From the NCBI GenBank assembly GCA_965112635.1, contig OZ218778.1, forward strand, positions 2,656,001-2,720,000: DNA of 64,000 bases. The letters are read 5' to 3'. The position numbers and the translations under genes are program-made. Shown piece by piece: positions 38,224 to 46,219 of this stretch. Source of the DNA: an uncultured bacterium. GTDB taxonomy: Bacteria; Oederibacteriota; Oederibacteriia; Oederibacteriales; Oederibacteriaceae. Below the pieces are notes generated by a model. The model did no database searches and was not told the DNA's origin. It saw nothing but the letters and a program-made list of their open reading frames with translations. Each line of letters starts with the position of its first letter. Positions within the stretch are counted from its first letter, which is position 1.

Positions 38224-38826
38224 CTAGGCCAGATTGGCGCCCAAAGCCTGGGCTTTTTTGACTTCCCTGGCGGTCAGGGCCTGTTTCTCCTCGACCGCGG
38301 TCAGGCCGACGAACATGGTGCCGACTACCTTGGCATTAAAAACTTTGGCCAGGATCTTTAGTATCCTGATAGCGCCCGTGGTCAGTCTCCCCATAAAAGA
38401 AGGAGCCGCTGTGGCAGTGACTAAAACGGCCCTTTTTTGTTTTGGCTTTTCTTCCCTTAATTTGGGGCCGGTTTTCACCCCCCATGGCCAATAACTGTAG
38501 CAGATAGTGCGCTCAATGAAGCACCGCATCAGGGCGGTCACATTATAATGGTTGACCGGCGCGGCCAGGACCAGGCTGTCCGCGGCATCCACTTCGTTCA
38601 GGATCGAGTTCATATCGTCCTTTTGTCCGCAGAGCCCCCTGACTCCCTTGGCTGTCCTGGTGCAGGAACGGCAGTTGGCGCAATATTTGATGTTTTTGTC
38701 CCGGAGAAAAACGACCTTCACCTCAGCCCCCTTGGCCTTGGCGCCTTTGACGATCTCGTCAACCGCCTGGTCGACCGTCCTGCCTTTGCGATAGCTCCCG
38801 TTGATGACCACAACTTTTGTTGCCAT
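38224..38826 (-). CDS. Flavodoxin family protein (iron-sulfur flavoprotein / NADPH-dependent FMN reductase-like)
   Basis: INGS.RKG.T, CANCRSC...C..KDDM, LVLAAPV. Confidence 0.85.
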   Translation of the reverse strand: MATKVVVINGSYRKGRTVDQAVDEIVKGAKAKGAEVKVVFLRDKNIKYCANCRSCTRTAKGVRGLCGQKDDMNSILNEVDAADSLVLAAPVNHYNVTALMRCFIERTICYSYWPWGVKTGPKLREEKPKQKRAVLVTATAAPSFMGRLTTGAIRILKILAKVFNAKVVGTMFVGLTAVEEKQALTAREVKKAQALGANLA

Positions 38827-38889
38827 GTTCCCCTCCTGAAGATTTGATCGATCCGCCTATTTTAAACTCTTGAGCCTAAAAGAGGAAGG

Positions 38890-40680
38890 TTATTCGGCCT
38901 GGTTCCTGAAGGAATTCAAGGCAATGCCCGCCTCAGCCCTGACCTGGGGGTCCGCGTCCTGCAGCAGGCCAATAAGGGCAAGTTTATCCTCGGTCTGGCC
39001 AAGCCCGATGCAGCCCAGGGCAAAAGCGGCGTTGGCCCGGACTTTGGAATCCGCGTCTTTGAGGCATTGCCTCAGGCTGGGATCCGCTGCCTGGGCGCCT
39101 GTTCCTATTAACCCCAGGCTGTAGGCCGCCTGGCTGGCCACCGCTTTATCCTTGTCATTTAAGGCCCGCGTAAGGTCCGGCACGGCGCTGGCGCTGTCCG
39201 GCCCGATCCTGCCCAGGGCGATCGCGGCCTCGTTCCTAACCTCAGCGCTCTCATCCGTCAGACAGCCGGCCAAAGACTTTATGGCCGACGACGCGTTGGA
39301 CCCGAGCCACCCCAAAGTCCTGACTGACTCACAGCGCACCTTTTCGCTCCCCGACCTTAACCCGCTGAGCCTGTCCAGGACGACCATGCTGAAATCATAG
39401 CTGGCTCCCCGCAAAACCCAGCCCGCACTGCCCTGGACATTGGGGTCATCATCGTTGACGGCATCTAATAACGCCCGGATGACCTCGTCGGATTCGGGTT
39501 CTATGGCTCCCAGGCTGGTGCAAACGCTGGCCCTGATGTCGGCGCTCTTGCTCTTGAATGTTTTGAGGAGGGAGTCCTCGGCCGCTTTGGCTTCTGCCCC
39601 GATGCTTCCCAAAGCGATGATGGCCTGGTTTTTGACCTGCTCGTCCTTGTCACCCAAAGCATGTATCAGGACAGTTACGGCCTGTTTGGCTCCGGAACCA
39701 AGACTCCCCAGGGTGTTGATGGCGCTGATCCGGCTGACGCTGTCCCCGGAACCGGCCATGGCGATCAGGTCCGGCAAAGCTTTCAAGGCGCTTGGCCCCA
39801 GATGCCCCAGGCATACGCTGGCGTTGCCCCTAACTTTTTCATCCTTGTCTTGCAACAATTTGACCAGCTTGGGTACGGCTTCTGCGCCGGCCGTTCCCAT
39901 AAAACCCAGGGCTGCGGCCGCGTTCGCCCTCACGCTCGGGCTGGGGTCGGATAGGGCAGCGATGAGGCCCGGTATGCTGCGGCTGGCTGACTGCCCGATA
40001 CAACCCAGGGCAAAAGCGGCGCTGCTGCGAACCGGCTCGCCCCTGTCTTTTAAAAGCCCCTCGATATCCCTGACTGCTGTCTTGGCGACAGGCCCAAAAA
40101 AACCCAAGGACTCGCAGGCATTGGCCCGCTTTCTGGGATATTTGCTGTGCAAGTCCTTTTTAATGATGGCCAATATCTTTTCGGTGGGGCCTATCTCTTT
40201 GATAGCGTCCAGCGCTTCCATCCTTATCTCTTTATCCCTGCTCTCCAACTGGTCCGATAAAGCAGGAAGAGCCTGTTTCGGCTTTGGCTTTAGACCCCCA
40301 AGAGTTTTAATAGCGCTCAGTTGCACCTTTCTGTCCTTGTCCTCCAATGCTTCCATCAAAGCGCTGACAACACGGCTATTCGAAGGGTCCAACTGGCCCA
40401 GGCTAACGACGCTATGGCTCCTGACTTCCGCGTCCTTGTCTTTTAAAGCCTTGAATAGGGCCTGCAAAATATCCGGGTCCGGGCAGGCCACATACCCCAG
40501 AGCCATAGCCGCCAAAGCACGGTCCTGGCTCTGACCTGAGCTTAACTCATGGACATATTGGGCTGCCGGGTCACTTGTTTCTACGGATTTATCGGCACCA
40601 TAAACAGGCGAACACGCCAAAAAAATCGGTAAAGCCAGCCAAAGAAATAAGTATTTTTTTGCATCAACGGACCTGCGCAT
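38890..40680 (-). CDS. Exported HEAT-repeat protein
   Basis: Signal peptide; many approx. 33-aa repeats A+P.L...L.D.D..VR..AA.ALG.+G. Confidence 0.9.
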   Translation of the reverse strand: MRRSVDAKKYLFLWLALPIFLACSPVYGADKSVETSDPAAQYVHELSSGQSQDRALAAMALGYVACPDPDILQALFKALKDKDAEVRSHSVVSLGQLDPSNSRVVSALMEALEDKDRKVQLSAIKTLGGLKPKPKQALPALSDQLESRDKEIRMEALDAIKEIGPTEKILAIIKKDLHSKYPRKRANACESLGFFGPVAKTAVRDIEGLLKDRGEPVRSSAAFALGCIGQSASRSIPGLIAALSDPSPSVRANAAAALGFMGTAGAEAVPKLVKLLQDKDEKVRGNASVCLGHLGPSALKALPDLIAMAGSGDSVSRISAINTLGSLGSGAKQAVTVLIHALGDKDEQVKNQAIIALGSIGAEAKAAEDSLLKTFKSKSADIRASVCTSLGAIEPESDEVIRALLDAVNDDDPNVQGSAGWVLRGASYDFSMVVLDRLSGLRSGSEKVRCESVRTLGWLGSNASSAIKSLAGCLTDESAEVRNEAAIALGRIGPDSASAVPDLTRALNDKDKAVASQAAYSLGLIGTGAQAADPSLRQCLKDADSKVRANAAFALGCIGLGQTEDKLALIGLLQDADPQVRAEAGIALNSFRNQAE

Positions 40681-40799
40681 TCAACCTCCGACTGTTTGAT
40701 TTTGCCACCCATTCTAAACTTTTAACCCTGAAAAAACCAAAATAATTTTTATCAAAGAAAGTTTCCAATAATATTCTCCCTTTGGAAAACTCTTTTCAT

Positions 40800-40925
40800 T
40801 CCCCGTACACGCTCATGCGTGCGCACCTTGAGGGCGTGGGGAGGGAGACGGCTGAAGGCCAGAGGGATTTGACTGACAGGCTACCGGGGTTTAAATCCCC
40901 TAGCCCCTTTTATAAAGGGGGATCT
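40800..40925. repeat. REP-like GC-rich palindromic intergenic sequence
   Basis: GAGGGATTT, GGGGTTTAAATCCCC and CCCCTTT-TAT-AAAGGGG inverted repeats. Confidence 0.35.
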
Positions 40926-42817
40926 TTTTTGGTATGGGGCCTAGTATAGAGTTTGGATTGCCGGGCTACAGCACCATGAAATTCGAACATATCAATATCT
41001 TTTTTCAGGGTCTGCTGGAGACGCTCAATGCAATACGACGAACTTCTTGGGACCGATCTTGGTGGAACCTAGATTGGCACCTTGATTGTTATAATTCAAT
41101 TGGACAATATACAGATAAACCCCTGTGACCAGGCTCTTGGTGTCTATGATACTTGACTGGGGGCCTTCCTGCTTATTCTCAAACACGGTTTCCACAAGCT
41201 GTGCCGCATCGTTATAAACCCTTATTTTGACGCTCCCAGGAGCCGCCATGGTGTAAACGATGGTGGCTGTATTTCCTGTAGCCGGCGATGGATAAATATA
41301 GGTTGTTCCGGACGATGGAAAGTAGGGAAATGGGGTTAGCGTTGGTGTCGGGGGAGCCAATGCAAACTTGGCAATAAATGTATTACCGAATATTGCTCCG
41401 TTATAAGGGGGTCCTGCAGGATGATAACCCTCGCCATTAATTGGCTGAAAGGCACCCCCCGTTGTGGGGAAATCTGTACTCCCAGTCTGCCCTGTCACAT
41501 ATGCGTTTCCGCTACTATCTAGGGTAATGCCATAGCCTATATCATACCCGCTGCCTCCCAGGTACGTGGAATATACTAGCGTGCTCCCGGTGCTGTTGAA
41601 CTCAGTCACAAACGCATCATAAATGCCTCCACCTAATGCTGCCTGATCAGCATTTGCTGTGGTAGGGAAACCATCGCCGGCAAATCCAGTGACAAACGCA
41701 TCTCCGCTGCTATCTACCGCAATGCCCAAGCCACAGGCATCACTGCCAAGATAGGAGGAATATACCAAAGCGCTCCCAGTATTGTTAATTTTGGTTACAA
41801 AAGCGTTGTCATTATAATAACTAACTCCCTCATAGGTTGCCTGATAGACACCTAGAGTTGTTGGAAAATTAGAGCTATCGGTAAAACCTGTGATATAGGC
41901 ATAACCGTTGCTGTCCACTGCAATGCCGAGGCCCTCATCTTGGCCATTGCCTCCAAGATAAGTGGAATAAATCAATGAGGTTCCAGTACTGTTGAGTTCG
42001 GTTACAAACGCATTTGAAGTACCTCCGCCATAGACTGCCTGAAAGGCACCTAAAGTTGTTTGGAAATTCGAGCTGTCGGTATCACCTGTAACATAGGCAT
42101 TGCCATTAATACCTATCGCAATGCCAAGTCCCTCACTTACATAGGTGCCCCCAAGATAAGTGGAATATATCAATCCGCTCCCGGTGCTGTTGAGCTTAGT
42201 CACAAAAATATTATTATTTCCGCCAGGGGCTATTTGAAAGGCTCCAGGCGTTGTGGGAAAACCTCCCATAGTCTCACCAGTCACATGGACATTCCCATTG
42301 GTGTCTACCGCTATGCCATAACCTACATCATTAGTATTACCACCTAGAAATGTGGAATATAATAACGCACTACCAGTACTATTGAGTTTAGTTACAAAAA
42401 CAGCTGCAGTGCCACTAAAGGTTGTCTGATAGGCACCTAGAGTTGTGGGGAAATTATTACTTCCGGTACTCCCTGTCACATAGGCGTTTCCGTTACTATC
42501 CACAACTACGCTATCGCCACCAGCAGAAGCATTGCCTCCAAGATAGGTAGAATATAAAAGCGCACTCCCAGTGCTGTTAAGCTTACTCACAAAAGCATTA
42601 AAACCGCTGCCTAAGGTTGTCTGATAGGTGCCCCCCGTTGTGGGAAAATTTGTACTCTGAGTTCCCCCCGCCACAAACGCATTTCCGCTGCTATCTACAA
42701 CTATGCTATTGCCATAATCCCCCCCACTTCCCCCAAGATACGTGGAATAAACCAACACGGGATCTACAACCAAATCTTTTGTTCTGTCATAGTTCCCCAT
42801 CTCAAACCCAACCTGAT

Positions 42818-44252
42818 GGTTGTGTACCATTCCTGGGTGTAACTTCAACGAGGGGAAAGGCAAGGTTAGATTGCAGCAATCTAACCTTGCGGCCCCAAAA
42901 ATAAGTCCACGGGCGTAGACTAGGTGATTGCTTAGGTCACCAAACCCAAAATAAAAGGAGGTCTACACCCGTGAAGTCATTATCCCAAAGAATTGAGATT
43001 TATACGAATCAGAAAATCAGAGAAAAAGTCAGAAAGATCGCACAGCCCGGTGTCGCTCTGGAAGTAATTGGCCAGGAGGTCAATGCCATCATTGCCCAGG
43101 CTTTAGATATTCAACTGGAGGCTGAAAGGGACGAGTTTTTGGGCCGTCAGCCTTATGAACGCCTTGAAAACAGCCCTAAAAGAAACGGTTTTAAATCCAC
43201 CTCTGTCCCCGGCTTTTTTGGCAGACTTTTTCTGCACAAACCAGCTCTACGCCAGGGGTCCCTTCACTCGCCCTTGCTTACCGCCCTCAAACAAGCTGGA
43301 AAAGGCCTGGCTTCCTTCCTCGCCATCCGCTTCTGGCTCAAAGGCGCTGCCACTCGCTCTACCGCCGCTGAGATAAATGCCGCTTTGGGCACAAAGCTCT
43401 CTCACTCCACCGTCTCCACTCTCACCAACGCCTTGGAGCCAGCCATCCGTCAGTGGATGAATCGTCCCATTCCTCCCAACATCACCTACCTGCTCCTGGA
43501 CGCCGCCTACCTGCCTGTCAGAAGACCTGGTTTTACCTCCAAACAAGCTCTATTGCTCGCCCTAGGCATGGATTCCTTTGGCAATCGCCATGTCCTGGGT
43601 TTCCTTCTCGGCGATAGAGAGTCCTTGGACTCCTGGCAGGCTTTTATCAATGACCTCCTCAAAAGAGGCCTTAACCGCAACACCCTCAGGCTCGTCATCT
43701 CCGATGAACACAAGGCCATTGAGCAGGCCGTCAAAAACCTCCTGGCTGTCCCTCACCAGCTCTGCCTGGTCCACAAGATCCGAAACCTCAGAGCCATTAT
43801 GCCTCGCCGTGACTGGGGTGCCTTCCTTAACGATTTCAAAGCTATCTATTGGGCCGATTCCCGCAAACTGGCTCTCCAGGCCTTTGGCCGCCTCCAAGCT
43901 CGCTGGATGAAACTCTATCCTAGAGCTACGGCTATGGCTCTCGATAGGTTCGACAACCTCACCACCTTCATGAACGAACCCCAGCATGTCTGGCGCACTC
44001 TCCGCTCCAGCAATCTCATCGAACGCTTTATCGCCGAGATCAAACGGCGCACCCGTGCTGCCGGCACCATGCACTCCGAATTGGAGGTCGCTAAGATCGT
44101 CTGGTCTGTTTCTACCACTCAGGAAGATAATTGGTCTAAAAGAAAACTCTGGAAATCTCAAGGAGGTGATCTGGTTCAGGAAGGCTTGCTAAATGTTGCT
44201 TAACCTACTACCCGTGGACTTAACAACTTACACCCGAAAACTTGACATAATC
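42818..44252 (+). mobile_element. IS256-family insertion sequence, 1435 bp, with 9-bp target-site duplication
   Basis: Imperfect terminal IRs GGTTGTGTACCATTCCTGGGTGTAACTT / GATTATGTCAAGTTTTCGGGTGTAAGTT; CAACCTGAT duplicated at 42809-42817 and 44253-44261. Confidence 0.92.
42971..44203 (+). CDS. IS256 (Mutator-like) DDE transposase
   Basis: E...FLG...YER....RNG, YLLLDA.Y, G.R.VLGF...E....W, LVISD.H, Q.CLVH..RN, SN.IERF..E.KRR. Confidence 0.95.
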   Translation: MKSLSQRIEIYTNQKIREKVRKIAQPGVALEVIGQEVNAIIAQALDIQLEAERDEFLGRQPYERLENSPKRNGFKSTSVPGFFGRLFLHKPALRQGSLHSPLLTALKQAGKGLASFLAIRFWLKGAATRSTAAEINAALGTKLSHSTVSTLTNALEPAIRQWMNRPIPPNITYLLLDAAYLPVRRPGFTSKQALLLALGMDSFGNRHVLGFLLGDRESLDSWQAFINDLLKRGLNRNTLRLVISDEHKAIEQAVKNLLAVPHQLCLVHKIRNLRAIMPRRDWGAFLNDFKAIYWADSRKLALQAFGRLQARWMKLYPRATAMALDRFDNLTTFMNEPQHVWRTLRSSNLIERFIAEIKRRTRAAGTMHSELEVAKIVWSVSTTQEDNWSKRKLWKSQGGDLVQEGLLNVA

Positions 44253-45031
44253 CAACCTGATTTTCTCCCTCCAAAACATATCCGCTCGCAATGTTTGTTT
44301 TGACCCCGCCAATCTCCTGATATATATCCGGCTTCTTGAATACTATCTGGCTCTTACTGGTTTTGATGATAAGGTTTCCGTTTTGATCTATGCTCAGGCC
44401 TTCCGCTCCGGTAAAACTGAACTGGATATTTTTTGGGTCGGCTCCGGACTTGACCACAAAATCATGCTCCACCTGGCGTTGGTTGCCGTAATACACCAGG
44501 TCAATGCCTGGATAAACCTCATGTAATTTTACTTTGGCATAATTGGGTATGTCCGTGTGCCACTTGCTGGGATCATTGCCTATAAAATAATTACTCCTAC
44601 CTTCCAGCTGGTCTAGGAGCTCGGTCTGGCCGCTCTCATTCCCTCCTACCAGCTTGACCCGCAAAACCTCAGCCTCTCCCGGCTCAGGTTTTTGGAATTT
44701 CTTCATCATGTCTTTTTTATCTTTCTTGCTTTCGGCCTTGCGATGCCTCAGCACCAGCACCATCTCAGAATGTTTAAGGAACAAGCTGTACCCGGCTCCC
44801 CGGCAGATGAACTTTGCCTGCGGGTCGGTCTGGCCGACATTGGGCTCAAATATCAGGGGTAGATTGCCGTAGGTATTTATGAGCCTGGATTGTTGTGCTT
44901 GCAGATATACTGGCAGGAGGAACAGGGCAAACAAGAGAAGAAATGAGGTTCTTTTCATCTTATCCTTCTCCAAAATACGGATAATTTTAAAGCAAACCTT
45001 TACCGGCGGTCTATTGAGTTATCCGGCCAGT

Positions 45032-45247
45032 TCATTTGTTGTTTTTGCCATATTTAGGAGAGGGCTCGCGCACACTCATACCAGCCTGATCAGCCGGGAG
45101 CCAAACTGCCTTCCCATTTTTCCAGACAGCCAAGGGCATCCCGCTTGCCTGATGCTCCTTGACCACCCCGGCTACTGCTTCCTTGAGTGCCTTCTCGGCT
45201 TTTTGCGTAATGGCCGAAATACGGGGTTGTTTTATTTTTTTATTCAT
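45032..45247 (-). CDS. Small protein of the type found next to zeta-like ATPases (possible antitoxin)
   Basis: A.KEAV..VV.EH...G.PLAVW.NGK.VW; overlaps the upstream gene stop by 4 bp. Confidence 0.7.
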   Translation of the reverse strand: MNKKIKQPRISAITQKAEKALKEAVAGVVKEHQASGMPLAVWKNGKAVWLPADQAGMSVREPSPKYGKNNK

Positions 45248-45825
45248 TGCTTATCTCCTTGAACGCAGATTTTACTGTAAGTATCGGCGTCTATGATTAT
45301 ACTCTCTAAGCCTTTCCATGTTGCCACCAGCCGCGGCCTAGAGCTGGAATTATCAAACAGGTCGACCACATCACAAAGTTCCCTGTAAACATGGAACAAA
45401 TTATAGAGCCCCTTTCTGAACCTGCGGCGGACATCAGGAGCTGGAACACTATGCCCGCCCCGGCGAACACGGTCCGCGACTCGCCGCAACGCGAGTTCAA
45501 CGCTGGGAAGCCACAAAAAAATCATGTGTACCTTGTAACCCTGGCTGCGCAGGCGCTTGATCAGGGTTATATAGGTTCGCCCTGAAAGAGTGGTCTCAAA
45601 AGCAAAATCAATATGCTTTTCCGCGAACTCATGCAGCCGTCGAAGGAACACGCGTCCCGCTTCCAGAGCCCCGGCCGAGGGCTGGAGGGGCGACAAACCC
45701 GAAGCGATCAAATCCGCGTTAATAAAATGAACTGTGGCTACTTGCGGTAAAAATCTTAACGCAAATGTCGTTTTACCCGCTCCATTGGGACCGGCAATAA
45801 TGTATAGAGACGGACTTTTTTTCAT
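45244..45825 (-). CDS. Zeta-toxin-like P-loop kinase / ATPase (COG4185-like)
   Basis: IIAGPNGAGKTT, FINADLIA.GL, FAFETTLSG, RV..RV..GGH.VP. Confidence 0.88.
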   Translation of the reverse strand: MKKSPSLYIIAGPNGAGKTTFALRFLPQVATVHFINADLIASGLSPLQPSAGALEAGRVFLRRLHEFAEKHIDFAFETTLSGRTYITLIKRLRSQGYKVHMIFLWLPSVELALRRVADRVRRGGHSVPAPDVRRRFRKGLYNLFHVYRELCDVVDLFDNSSSRPRLVATWKGLESIIIDADTYSKICVQGDKQ

Positions 45826-45843
45826 GACAAATGCTTCCCTTTC

Positions 45844-46101
45844 TCAGCGGATGACTTTGACGGTTCGTTTTTCCTTACTGCACTTTGCGACAGGAGTTTT
45901 CAGCCCCTTGCGAACAGACTCCCTCATCCCGGGAATAGAAAGCAGGTAAAGAGTTTCCTGGATGGCTCTCCAATCCTCGCCGGAGATGAGGACCGCGCTG
46001 CCTTTTTTACCTGTTATTTGGACGGGGTCATGTTCCCTGCCGGTTCTTTCCAGCAGTTTAAAAAAATCGGCCCTTGCCTTGCTAGCCGTTAAAGTGGTCA
46101 T
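45844..46101 (-). CDS. Phd/YefM family antitoxin
   Basis: MTTLTASKARADFFKLL...H.PV.ITGK.GSAVLIS.EDW.AIQETLYLLSIPGMRES; start placed at ATG 46101 (track gives 46146). Confidence 0.9.
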   Translation of the reverse strand: MTTLTASKARADFFKLLERTGREHDPVQITGKKGSAVLISGEDWRAIQETLYLLSIPGMRESVRKGLKTPVAKCSKEKRTVKVIR

Positions 46102-46219
46102 ATTTTCCCTTCTGAGATTAGCGTCCCATATATCATATTGTACCACTCGTCAAATCCGGGTCAGGAGTTAAGCTTTCCATAGGTGACCCGGTGTTTTTTA
46201 AACTCCGGCCCGACGATTT

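Larger units (their letters stand above)
41025..44973 (-). pseudogene. SBBP (seven-bladed beta-propeller) repeat exported protein with C-terminal sorting-like domain, interrupted by an IS256-family element
   Basis: N-part 44973-44253 (signal peptide, LPL.FEPN.GQ, G.SNYF.GN.PSKW) and C-part 42808-41025 (YSTYLGG...GIAVD..GNAYVTG.T.S.NFPTT repeats) join in frame as ENQVG-FEMGNYD, giving 834 aa. Confidence 0.92.

Noticed and set aside
41025-42863. Treating 41025..42863 and 44200..44973 as two independent genes
   Set aside because: Their inner ends are IS sequence; removing the IS and one target-site copy restores one reading frame.
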